Source: Leptonemataceae bacterium
GTDB lineage: Bacteria; Spirochaetota; Leptospiria; Leptospirales; Leptonemataceae
Assembly: GCA_965227295.1 (NCBI GenBank)
Contig: OZ245742.1
Location: 192,001 to 256,000, forward strand
Direction: 5' to 3'
DNA: 64,000 bases
The notes under the pieces are model-generated. The model did not search any database. It worked only from the letters and a program-made list of their open reading frames with translations, and was not told where the DNA came from. A program made the translations under genes and the position numbers. Of the stretch, positions 18,536 through 27,908 are shown piece after piece (position 1 is the stretch's first letter; the number at the start of each line of letters is the position of its first letter).

Positions 18536-21500
18536 TTACAGGGAAGAAACCCGGTCCGAGGTCTCACCGCTCAAGTACCGTTTTCCGGTAAGGACCCCCG
18601 TATTGATGAGAACATCCGGGGCGTAGGTGAACAGCGATTGCACGAACCGCTGCTGCAAACTCGGGCGCAGTATCACGGCCTCGACGAACTCATTTCCGTG
18701 CACGGCGACGGTGCGCGCCACGTCCCTGGCAGCCGGCACGAACGCATGCGCCTGGACTGCGTCGTCAGCGATACGAACACCGCCCACCCCCGAAGCTCCT
18801 GCCGTCGCCGGCCCTTTTTGAAACTTACGCAGGGTAACGAGACCCAACGCCGCACCGATCCCGGCATCGATGCCCACCAGCCCCCAGTCCACGCTTCCGT
18901 TCTCCACCTGTTGGGTGATGGCGGAACGAGAGAAAGATTCCACCGCGGCGCCGGCTACGCTGGTAATTTGATGCAGAGTCGCCTGGCTTAACTTTACGCC
19001 GGCCTGCGCGGCCCGACTGGAGAGCAGCGCGGCCTTCGTTGCGCCGGCCACAAAACCGCCGAAGACTCCGGACGCCGCCCCGATCCCGATGGAAATTCCG
19101 AACTGCGCCCAATCCCAGGCCGCTCCGGTAAGGACGACCTCGATTCCGTAAGCCAGACCGCTGATGACGACGCCGGTCGTCACACCGACGGCCACCGCGG
19201 AGGCGATGCTACTGGCCGCGACCGCCGCCGCAGCAGCGGAAGCCGCCGCGGCCGCCGAACTCGCGGCGGAAGCAATCACGCCCGCCAGGAACGGCAGAAA
19301 GAACAGGTTTCCGCCCGGGTCGGAGTACGACACGGGATTGTTGCCGGCAAAGGCATAACGATTGATCGACGCGGCGTGAACCGTGTTCGTGCCGAACGTC
19401 AGGGTGTCGGCCTGAAGAAAGCTGCCGATCGCAGGATCGTAGTAGCGCGCATGAAAGAAGTACATGTCCGCGTCGCGATCGTACTCGTTGTTGTTGAATT
19501 TCCCGCGGAAGATGTCGCGGCCGTCGCTCGATTCCTGATAGACTTCGCCGTACGGTTTATAAACGGTATGCGCGACCTCCTTGCCGTCGGCATCCGTAAC
19601 CAGGCTCGTGGAACCGACCTGGTTGTACTGGAAATAGAAGGTCCCTTCTTCCGGGTAACCGTAGCCGTTCCCCCCGGGCCCCAGGAGAAAGTTAAATTCA
19701 AAGAGCTCACTGCCCGGCGGCGCCAGCGGGAACAGGGGAACGTTCCCGGAACCGCTCGTGCCGCACTGAATGCTGAGCGACAGCACCGCCGTCGCGAGAA
19801 TCGGAGCCGGCCAGAGAATTCGGCGACGGCGCCGCTGGTACGACGACACGCGACGACCGGCGTAAAGGATTGCGGCGGTCAGGGAAGCGGCCACCGCCAG
19901 CGCCAGCAGGACCAGCAATCCGACGCGCGCCGTCGCGGGATCCCGAACATAGGCCATCGTCGTATGACTCAGAAAACCGCTCAGGCCACTGATGCTGCCC
20001 ATGTTGTACATCTGCGCCTGGAGAGCGTGGCCGGCACTCGTTCCGTGAATCAAGGCGACGGCGCTTGAATCCGTGGAAATGGCCGCAATGCGACCGCCGG
20101 GTCCCTGCACGTACTCCGTGCTGAGAATGTCGCCGCCCGCGAAGCGCGTCACTTCGAGTTCCCGGTTCACATAGATGGTTTCGTTGCCGTTGCCGTCGAG
20201 TTTTCGAACGCGATCACCGCCGGCATCATACTCGTAGCGTCCGGCCAGCATCCCGTTCCGGGCGACCTGCCGGATCTTGTAGCGACCATCGTAGTCGAGC
20301 TGATAGACGTTCCCGTCGCCGGTCCGGCGTTCGATCACGTTGCCGTGCCCGTCGTACTCCAGGGCAAGGCCGTTGCTGCCGCTCACCGGCCGGCTGCCCT
20401 CGTAAGTTAAGGTGAGATCACCCTTACGGTTAAGGTTCCCCTCACTCGTGTACTCGTAAGTGATTTCTCCGTACGGACCGACCGCCCGCGTCAGATAACC
20501 GAAACCGTTGTAGGAGTACGAGGTATCGTTGTCACCGATGAGGTCTTCCACACCGGTCACCTGATGCATGGCGGTCCAGGTGTAGCGCTGGTCCAGCAGA
20601 TCGGCGGAATCGGAGTCCGTCGTATGGATGGACTGTACCCGGCCGACGACATCGTACGTGAAGTCCGTCGTTACGCCGTTGCCGTAAACGATCTGCCCCG
20701 GCTGAGCGCGCGCCGTATAGTTTGCATAGCGGGCGAAGACCGGCGCGTTGGAATCAGCGCAATCGTTCACGGCGACTTTGATTTCCGCGAGATCGCCGTT
20801 GTCGGCGTAGTCGTAGCAGGCGATCCGCCCGGAGGGGTACCGAACTTCCTGCGGCCGATCCAGGGGATCGTTGCGGTACTCCATGACATGCGTTCCACCG
20901 CTCCCGCCGTCGAGAATCAAACGCGTTACCGCCGGATTGCCGTTGGCATCGTAGGAATATTCGCGGCGGGATGTTTCGGAGCCGGAGGCGTTGCTCATGA
21001 CGGCGGCGGTCATCCGAAATTGCGCGTTCGTGAAGGCATCGTTGTCGTACTCGAATCGCGCGGAGCTGCCGTCGTGGTACGTGACGAGAGTCTTGCGGCC
21101 GAGGTCGTCGTGGGTGAAGCGTTTGTCTTCGCCGTTGTGTCGCTCAAGCTCAAGTAATCCGCGATGATCGTAATAGTAGTCCGTCGTCCCACGCTCGCTG
21201 TTCTGTACCCGGGTGCGGCGCCCCAGAGAGTCCCAGGTAATGTGGGTGTAATTCGAAGCGGCGTCGCTGACCGTCGTTAACCGGTCCAGCTCGTCCCGGA
21301 AGAATCGCTGGGCGATGCTCGTGTTCGTATCCAGGTCGGTCATGTAGATGACCTGGTCGACGCCTTTGAAGTTTCGACAGCGGGTAATCTGCAAACGCGA
21401 CGCGGCCACATTGTGATCTTCACGCAGTTCCGTGAACCGTTCGAGGCCGGGTTCACAGTAGCCCTGGTATCCCGGGCCGGCACCGTGGACGGTGCTGATC

Positions 21501-24500
21501 ACGGCTCCGCCCGGCACAATCACCCGGGCGGCGCGATGATAGGCGTCGTAATAGTAGTGCGTCCAATCCGGAGTCTCACCGCTCCGATGAACGGTGGACT
21601 CCTGCAAGACCTCGCCCCGTAAACCGTAGTACTTCAAACGAACGCGCAGGTCGCTGCCGGCACCGGTCTCACTGCGCACAACCCGCCCCAGGCCGTCAGC
21701 CACTTCCCGCCCCGAAGTCATCCCGGCATCGTCCCAGCTCTGCCGTACCTGCGAGACGGTCACATAGAAACTTCCGTCCCGGCCGTAGCTGCGCCCTTCG
21801 ACCTGCACGATACCATCCGGCCCGGTCCGATAGACGGCGACCGGGCGACCGAATCCGTCGTACTCAATGCGCCGGACATTGCCGTCAGCGTCCGTTTCTT
21901 CAGCGGGCCCGCCGTAGCGCGCGTCAAACTCCTGTCGCTGCGTGAAAGTCTTACCGGCGGCGAAGACCCGCTTGACCCACGGATACGTATGATACGTCGA
22001 CTCGTAGTTGATCAGTTCAACGGCGCCGGACGGCCGCTGGATCTGCGTACGGTTGCCGTAGGTATCGTAGTCATAGTGGCTGGTCAGCCAGTCGTTGCGG
22101 CTGCTGTCGAAGTCGTGCCGCCGAATGACGTTCCCCGCACTATCGTGATCCACGGTGAACTCGGTCATTCGATTCGAGCAGGCACATGCATCACCGGAAA
22201 GAGCGCAACCGGTTCCGACGACGGTTCCTGCCAGGGGTCCCGACCGCTGGTTGATGCTGTCGTTGGCGTAGTTCGAACATGTTTGCAGAGTCCGATTACC
22301 GTCGTTCTCGGTCAGCAGGGCGAGATTGCCGAGGCTGTCGTACTCAAAGTCCGTGGTGTTCGCAATGGAGCCGTCGTACATGTACTTGCGGACGACCTGT
22401 TGCACAAGCCTCGGTGCATAGGATCGAGCGGCAACTCCCGGAACCCAACCCCACTGGTGGTCCACGGAAGAGATCAACGCGCCTGCCGTATGTCGCGTGG
22501 TCTCACTCAGCGACCGACCCACCAGGGGAAAGACGACACTGTAGTCCGTCGTCGTCACGTTACGTTCACTCGGGGCAGTAGTCGTCAAACGCAGGAAGCC
22601 CTGAAAACCGCGGCCCCCCGTATGGAGCGTGGCACCACGATAATCATACGTGCGTTGGATCGTGTGCACCTCGGTGCCGTCCGGGCCGGCTGTCGGCACG
22701 CTCCGCGTATACGTATGCAGCACCGGCAGGGGCGAACTCAGGGCGCGGTGACCGGCCGGAAAATTCATGCCGCTGTTCGCATCGTACTCCGTCAGGCGGC
22801 GATAGCTGAACTCGTGCGTAAGGCTGCCCTGTAAAATCGTTGCGACGGTGTCGTTGGGTTTCGCCTGAGCAACCGGGGAGCTGAAATATATGCGAAAGCT
22901 GGATGAGGTGTCGTTGTCCCAGCTGCTGTGCTCCTGGCGAATAAAGTCCGAACGCCCGTCGCCGTCGAAGTCCCCGGGAATCAGAAAGGCCCCCGGGTCC
23001 GCCCGGAGGTCCCACTGATAGATCCGCCCCTGCGGCTCCAGATAATCGAAGGTCCCGTCCCCGTGCGAAACATAGACCGCAAAGTTTTCGGTCCCTCCGT
23101 CGTCCCAGGCGCCTTTGGTCTGCCGCATAAAGTCCGTGCGGCCGTCGCCGTTGTAGTCCAGGGGAATGATGTTGGCTCCGTTGTCGAAGCGCAGTTTGTC
23201 CTGGTAGATGCTCCCCGGGGGCGAAACGATGTGAAAGTAACCGTTCCCGATGGAAAAGTATACGTTGAACGTATCGAGGTTATCGTCGTCGAGGCGGCCC
23301 TTTTCCTGGCGAATGAAGTCCGTCTTGCCGTCGCCGTTAAAGTCACCCGGAATGATGTTAGCGCCCTCGTCAAAGCGCAGCCAGGCCTGGTACTGAAGAC
23401 CCTCGGGACGGACTTTCTCGAAGGTTCCGTCCCCCTTCGAGAAATACACCTCGAAGGTTCCCACGTTATCATTGCCCCAGACGTTGTGCTCCTGGCGGAT
23501 GAAGTCGGTCATCCCGTCGCCGTTGTAATCGCCGGGGATAATGATCGCGCCGTGGTCCGCCCGCAGGTTGTCCTGATACATTACGCCGGAAGGTGTCCGA
23601 ATGTCGAAGTAGCCGTTCCCCAGCGAGAAGTAGACGTTGAAGGTGTTCGAGTTATCGTTATCCCAGCTGCCTTTTTCCTGGCGGATAAAATCGGTCATGC
23701 CGTCGCCGTTATAATCGCCGGTAATGATATTCGCGCCGGGATTGAAGCGCAGCCATTTCTGATACCGGGTGCCGGCCGGTTCGACGACCGTAAAGTACCC
23801 GTCGCCGTTTGAGAAATAAACCTGAAAGGTACCGCTGTCGTTGCTGCCCCAACTGCCTTTTTCCTGGCGAAGAAAGTCCGTCTTGCCGTCGCCGTTGAAG
23901 TCGCCCGTGATGATGTTCGCACCCGGATCCAGCCGCAGAAGATGTTGGTACGGATCGTTCTTAGCCCCCTGCACGCCCGGGACGACGATGTCGAAATAAC
24001 CGTCTCCCCGGGAGAAATACACCATGAACGTGTCCGTACGGTCCCCGCCCCAACTGCCTTTTTCCTGACGAATGAAGTCCGTCTTGCCGTCGCCGTTGAA
24101 GTCACCCGGGATAAGCTTCGCGCCCGGATCGTAACGAAGGCTCCCCTGATAGGCGGTGCCCCCGGGCATAACCATTCGAAAGCCGCCGTCTAACGATTGC
24201 TGATCGTTCCAGGTGATTTCAATCGGATCGAGGCAGCGCGTCCCATCGCACTCCTCCACGGTTGCTAACTGTGAACGGCCGGAAGTTACTCCGACCCCGT
24301 AATAAAGAAAGTACTGCTTGTATACGCCGTCTGCTGTCGCGCTACGCACGGACTTCAATCGAAAACGCATGCGCGCTTCCCCGGTACCGTCAAAAAAGAT
24401 CACGTGATCCTTCGGCGAACTTACGGCGTCGTACTCGAGGGCCACGTGGCGATTCGGATAAACGATACGCAGTAGCCGGGCCATGCCGCCGGCCTGGTCG

Positions 24501-25216
24501 TAGACGTAAGTCAGCGCGTTGCCGTTGCGATCTCGAATGTTGCTCAGCATCCATTCGCGAATCGGACGCGTCCCCTGACTCGTGCTATCCACGGTGTAGA
24601 CCCGCGAGTCGGACGTGCCGCCGTACACGCGGACGTGTCCGTCGCTCGTATGCACCTCGAACTGACACGGGCCGCCGCCGCAATTTCCCGACGGCACAAC
24701 GTGGCTGTAGTCTTCGACTTCTTTGCTGTAGGTATTGCCGGACCAGTAGCCGGCGTCGTCGCTGTAGGCCTGCCGTGCGACCAGGCGCGCGCCGTCGAGG
24801 CAGAGCCGATCGCGGTTCGTGTAGCTGACTCCGGAGGGCCGGCCGTCCACGGCAAGGCTCTGCCCGCAACGTTGCATCGCGGATAGACCGCTCAGACGCC
24901 AGCCGACGCCGGTACTGCTTGTGCCGGTACTCTGGCTATTGTAGACGAGGGCGAGTGACGGCTGCAGGCCCTGGATGCCCGGGGACGCCTGGATGGGAAT
25001 GCGAAAGGTCGCCGCCCCGGCCGGGCTCGCCGCGAACTGCCCGGAGATGTTGCCGCCCGCCGTGTACGGCAGCCCCGAGCTGCCCGTCGCCCCCTGCGGG
25101 GCAAATAGAAGCAGGGCGGCAGCAATGAATGCCGCGGCAACGAAACGGCGCGGTAGACTGTGAGTAAGATTATGGAGCTGTTTGTGGGAGCGAAACATGG
25201 ATGCAGGACCTCGCAT
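18536..25216 (-). CDS. Large RHS/YD-repeat protein: signal peptide, SpvB-like N-terminus, FG-GAP repeats, YD shell, RHS core, hydrophobic C-terminal cargo
   Basis: GAATFRIPI..PG..GLQPSLALVYNSQ...GVGW; RGFQGF; many YD dipeptides; YFFHARYYDPAIGSFLQAD; NNPVSYSDPGG; ATG at 25216 or 25198. Confidence 0.9.
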   Translation of the reverse strand: MRGPASMFRSHKQLHNLTHSLPRRFVAAAFIAAALLLFAPQGATGSSGLPYTAGGNISGQFAASPAGAATFRIPIQASPGIQGLQPSLALVYNSQSTGTSSTGVGWRLSGLSAMQRCGQSLAVDGRPSGVSYTNRDRLCLDGARLVARQAYSDDAGYWSGNTYSKEVEDYSHVVPSGNCGGGPCQFEVHTSDGHVRVYGGTSDSRVYTVDSTSQGTRPIREWMLSNIRDRNGNALTYVYDQAGGMARLLRIVYPNRHVALEYDAVSSPKDHVIFFDGTGEARMRFRLKSVRSATADGVYKQYFLYYGVGVTSGRSQLATVEECDGTRCLDPIEITWNDQQSLDGGFRMVMPGGTAYQGSLRYDPGAKLIPGDFNGDGKTDFIRQEKGSWGGDRTDTFMVYFSRGDGYFDIVVPGVQGAKNDPYQHLLRLDPGANIITGDFNGDGKTDFLRQEKGSWGSNDSGTFQVYFSNGDGYFTVVEPAGTRYQKWLRFNPGANIITGDYNGDGMTDFIRQEKGSWDNDNSNTFNVYFSLGNGYFDIRTPSGVMYQDNLRADHGAIIIPGDYNGDGMTDFIRQEHNVWGNDNVGTFEVYFSKGDGTFEKVRPEGLQYQAWLRFDEGANIIPGDFNGDGKTDFIRQEKGRLDDDNLDTFNVYFSIGNGYFHIVSPPGSIYQDKLRFDNGANIIPLDYNGDGRTDFMRQTKGAWDDGGTENFAVYVSHGDGTFDYLEPQGRIYQWDLRADPGAFLIPGDFDGDGRSDFIRQEHSSWDNDTSSSFRIYFSSPVAQAKPNDTVATILQGSLTHEFSYRRLTEYDANSGMNFPAGHRALSSPLPVLHTYTRSVPTAGPDGTEVHTIQRTYDYRGATLHTGGRGFQGFLRLTTTAPSERNVTTTDYSVVFPLVGRSLSETTRHTAGALISSVDHQWGWVPGVAARSYAPRLVQQVVRKYMYDGSIANTTDFEYDSLGNLALLTENDGNRTLQTCSNYANDSINQRSGPLAGTVVGTGCALSGDACACSNRMTEFTVDHDSAGNVIRRHDFDSSRNDWLTSHYDYDTYGNRTQIQRPSGAVELINYESTYHTYPWVKRVFAAGKTFTQRQEFDARYGGPAEETDADGNVRRIEYDGFGRPVAVYRTGPDGIVQVEGRSYGRDGSFYVTVSQVRQSWDDAGMTSGREVADGLGRVVRSETGAGSDLRVRLKYYGLRGEVLQESTVHRSGETPDWTHYYYDAYHRAARVIVPGGAVISTVHGAGPGYQGYCEPGLERFTELREDHNVAASRLQITRCRNFKGVDQVIYMTDLDTNTSIAQRFFRDELDRLTTVSDAASNYTHITWDSLGRRTRVQNSERGTTDYYYDHRGLLELERHNGEDKRFTHDDLGRKTLVTYHDGSSARFEYDNDAFTNAQFRMTAAVMSNASGSETSRREYSYDANGNPAVTRLILDGGSGGTHVMEYRNDPLDRPQEVRYPSGRIACYDYADNGDLAEIKVAVNDCADSNAPVFARYANYTARAQPGQIVYGNGVTTDFTYDVVGRVQSIHTTDSDSADLLDQRYTWTAMHQVTGVEDLIGDNDTSYSYNGFGYLTRAVGPYGEITYEYTSEGNLNRKGDLTLTYEGSRPVSGSNGLALEYDGHGNVIERRTGDGNVYQLDYDGRYKIRQVARNGMLAGRYEYDAGGDRVRKLDGNGNETIYVNRELEVTRFAGGDILSTEYVQGPGGRIAAISTDSSAVALIHGTSAGHALQAQMYNMGSISGLSGFLSHTTMAYVRDPATARVGLLVLLALAVAASLTAAILYAGRRVSSYQRRRRRILWPAPILATAVLSLSIQCGTSGSGNVPLFPLAPPGSELFEFNFLLGPGGNGYGYPEEGTFYFQYNQVGSTSLVTDADGKEVAHTVYKPYGEVYQESSDGRDIFRGKFNNNEYDRDADMYFFHARYYDPAIGSFLQADTLTFGTNTVHAASINRYAFAGNNPVSYSDPGGNLFFLPFLAGVIASAASSAAAAASAAAAAVAASSIASAVAVGVTTGVVISGLAYGIEVVLTGAAWDWAQFGISIGIGAASGVFGGFVAGATKAALLSSRAAQAGVKLSQATLHQITSVAGAAVESFSRSAITQQVENGSVDWGLVGIDAGIGAALGLVTLRKFQKGPATAGASGVGGVRIADDAVQAHAFVPAARDVARTVAVHGNEFVEAVILRPSLQQRFVQSLFTYAPDVLINTGVLTGKRYLSGETSDRVSSL
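22880..24140 (-). repeat. Seven tandem ~62-aa (186-nt) FG-GAP/VCBS-like coding repeats
   Basis: Consensus LRxDxGAxIIxGD(F/Y)NGDGxTDFIRQEKGxW...TFxVYFSxG(D/N)GxF repeated seven times. Confidence 0.9.
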
Positions 25217-25298
25217 AGTGTGGCGAGACCCTCGGTCCAGGAACGGGAAACTCAAACGGAATCGGGAAGGGAATACGGAGATTTCGACAAAGACTCTC

Positions 25299-27470
25299 CT
25301 ATAGAGAGACTTTGGAATCCCCGCGATAATCCCCCGGAAAGCGCCGGTACTCCACACGCAGCAGCGACAGATCATCCACCAGTTCGCCGCGCCGCTCCAG
25401 CTCTTCCTGAATGGCCGCAAGATTGCCACCCGTGCGTTCGACGATTTCGAGAAAGCGACCGGGGGCGGCGGCAACCACGGACTTACCCGATGGCTGCAGT
25501 ACGCGCAGATCGTCCCGGCCGTCGGAGCCGGCGATGAGTACGTCGCCGGGTTCCAGCTGAATCTCCGCAACGACGGACTCCGGCACGTAGACCACGTTCG
25601 CACTCCCCCGAACAGTCTCGGCGCGGTCCACATCCAGCGAACCGATGGGATCCAGCGTCGCTTCGAGCACGCGGCGCGCCCGACCCGCGCGAAGTAACAC
25701 CGAAGCCGGATGGCCGGCATTCACGACGTAGGTCCGACCGGTGCGCTCTTCGGTAAGTCCGGCGACGAACGAGATCATCATGCGACCCTGAAACGAACGA
25801 AAGACGCGGTGCAGTTCCTCCACCAATCGCAGGAGCCAGTCCGAGGGCGCCCGGGTCCAGGGCGGCAATTGCCCGTCGGCGGTAATGTCCAGGAACGCGC
25901 GAAAGGCGGTGGCGAGAACCACGGCGCCGCTCGCCCCCTGCACGGACTTGCCCATGGCGTCGGCGTTCATCCAGGTGACGCAGGCCTCACCGTTAAAGTG
26001 CAGCTCCTCGGCCATGCAGAGGTCTCCGCCCAGTTCGCCTTCAAAGCCGCGAAACTCGAAACGTTTATGCTGACGAATGAACGAGTCGACGTAGATGCGC
26101 TCCGTATCCACCGTCCCCCGGGCCATGGGTTCCAGCACGCGGGAGATCAACAGATAGTCGCCGTCCTGTTGTTCTTTGAGGCGACTAACTTCTTCTAAAG
26201 ATCGCCTTAGCTCGGCGGTGCGTTGGTCCACCAGGTCCTCCAGGCTGTGGACATAGGTTTGCAAACGTTGATGTGCGAGCTGCAGTTCGTTCTGAATGCG
26301 ATCGTAGCGCCGCCAGACCGTAACGCCGGTGGCAATAAGTAACAACGAAAAACCGTACTGGGCCAGCGGTCCCGGCCACCACGGCCAGATGCCCAGGGCC
26401 CACAGCGCATCGCCCAGGCCCGGCAGGAAAAACAATCCGATGCCGGCCACCAGGATGCGCACCTCTCGCGGACCGCGACGCAGTACGTGGATCACGACGT
26501 AAATCGAAGCGAAACCGGGCACGAGCACCGCGTATAGATAGGCTCCGAACGTAGCCCGCGCCGGGACTAACGTTAGATTCACCAGCATAAAAGTTAGCGC
26601 CATCAACGTAAGCGTCCACGCCAGCAAACGCGCCGGTCGCGAACGCTCGGACACCCGTTCCAGAAACAGGGCCAGTGCCGCGGGCATCCAGTACAACGAA
26701 AAGTGCTCAATGTAAAACCACAGCAGCGGCACCGGTATGATGACGTGCTGCAGCCGCATGCTGCGATTGCCGATCATATACAATCCCACCGTCAGGCAAA
26801 AGAGCGCGAACGTCGCGTACACCGTCTCGTCCCGCGCCCGCAGGAACACCAGAAAGCCGCCGATGCCCGCGATGATCGCGAGCACACCGATCAGAAATCG
26901 CCCCACGTCCCGGCGCACGATGCGTTCCAGCAACTCCGCGCGACAGCCGAGGATCGGCGGGCCCCCGTCGATGCCGACGTTGCGAAAGTCCGACCAGATT
27001 TGCAGACTGAACATGCGTCGCCCGTCCGGGCCGGGGCCCGCCGAATTCGCGGCACCCGATGCACGCGACGCCGCCGGCAGCGGAATGAGATGATACGGCC
27101 GGCCGGCAAAACCCCGCGGACCGACCTCCGGATTGCCGAAGCGATAGATCTCGCGACCGTTCCAATGCGCGGTAAAGCTGAGATTGATGACGCCGAAGTA
27201 CACCGCGGGTTCGCTGCAGTTGTCCACCGGCGGCAGTTCCCGGCGCAGGTACAATCGCGTGGGTTCGTGAATGCGAAAAAAGAGTTGGTGCGGCCGGTCC
27301 GGGGATACGTCTTTCCAGTCGGCGTTGCGGGTGCAGGCACTTTCGTCCGGGCGGCAGACCTGCCAGCCGTCGGCGAGTGCGAACTGCGATGCGTTGTCCG
27401 GATTAGACGACGGCTGACACGAAAGTGCAAAAGCAAGCAGGAGCAAGACGCAGGCTGAGAACCGATGCAG
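25299..27470 (-). CDS. Membrane PP2C/SpoIIE phosphatase with lipoprotein signal, beta-sandwich sensor and 7TM region
   Basis: LAFALSC lipobox; about seven TM helices; QQDGDY, GGDLC, ADAMGKSVQGA, NAGHP, SDGRDD, DDLSLL; start inferred as CTG at 27470. Confidence 0.85.
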   Translation of the reverse strand: MHRFSACVLLLLAFALSCQPSSNPDNASQFALADGWQVCRPDESACTRNADWKDVSPDRPHQLFFRIHEPTRLYLRRELPPVDNCSEPAVYFGVINLSFTAHWNGREIYRFGNPEVGPRGFAGRPYHLIPLPAASRASGAANSAGPGPDGRRMFSLQIWSDFRNVGIDGGPPILGCRAELLERIVRRDVGRFLIGVLAIIAGIGGFLVFLRARDETVYATFALFCLTVGLYMIGNRSMRLQHVIIPVPLLWFYIEHFSLYWMPAALALFLERVSERSRPARLLAWTLTLMALTFMLVNLTLVPARATFGAYLYAVLVPGFASIYVVIHVLRRGPREVRILVAGIGLFFLPGLGDALWALGIWPWWPGPLAQYGFSLLLIATGVTVWRRYDRIQNELQLAHQRLQTYVHSLEDLVDQRTAELRRSLEEVSRLKEQQDGDYLLISRVLEPMARGTVDTERIYVDSFIRQHKRFEFRGFEGELGGDLCMAEELHFNGEACVTWMNADAMGKSVQGASGAVVLATAFRAFLDITADGQLPPWTRAPSDWLLRLVEELHRVFRSFQGRMMISFVAGLTEERTGRTYVVNAGHPASVLLRAGRARRVLEATLDPIGSLDVDRAETVRGSANVVYVPESVVAEIQLEPGDVLIAGSDGRDDLRVLQPSGKSVVAAAPGRFLEIVERTGGNLAAIQEELERRGELVDDLSLLRVEYRRFPGDYRGDSKVSL

Positions 27471-27486
27471 CAGAAAAACCTCCGGT

Positions 27487-27810
27487 TCAGCGCAAGTCCG
27501 CTTCCGAATCCAGGAAATCGATGCGGCCGCCCAGGCGCGCCAGTTCGAACAGGCCGCGCAGATTCTCGGGCACCGCCAGGAGGGCGAAGGCACCGCCGCC
27601 GTCGGCGATCTGCTTGCGCCAGTGAACGATGGCGGCGATGCCGCTGGAGTCGATGAAGTCCAGGTCTTCCAGGTCCAGGGCAAGGCGCATCTCATCTTGC
27701 TTTAGGAAGTTGTCCAGCAGACGCGATGCTTCCGGAACCGTGTAGAGATTCAGATCTCCCTTCAGGGCGACAATCTGGTAACCGCCGGCCGATCGAACTA
27801 AAAACTCCAT
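27487..27810 (-). CDS. STAS-domain anti-sigma factor antagonist
   Basis: LKGDLN, LDLEDLDFIDSSGI with the phosphorylatable Ser. Confidence 0.9.
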   Translation of the reverse strand: MEFLVRSAGGYQIVALKGDLNLYTVPEASRLLDNFLKQDEMRLALDLEDLDFIDSSGIAAIVHWRKQIADGGGAFALLAVPENLRGLFELARLGGRIDFLDSEADLR

Positions 27811-27908
27811 TCGGTGGATATGAGGTACGGGGAAAAACCGGCACAGTCAAGCCGATTTCCCTTGAAAATCCAGCCGAACACGACGGCACTAGACAGGACT
27901 GTTCTTCT

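Noticed and set aside
22880-24140. CRISPR- or DGR-like nucleotide repeats
   Set aside because: In-frame coding repeats with amino-acid conservation; no reverse transcriptase or template/variable repeat pair seen.
25217-25720. N-terminal 168-aa extension of the 2394-aa RHS ORF
   Set aside because: Overlaps the phosphatase gene in another frame and is not protein-like; the signal peptide follows the ATGs at 25216/25198.
27471-27695. N-terminal extension of the 798-aa phosphatase ORF
   Set aside because: Lies within the STAS gene in a different frame; the RBS and signal peptide point to 27470.
27862-27892. MerR-type 19-bp-spacer promoter with dyad
   Set aside because: Only a 4-bp dyad and a poor -10 match.
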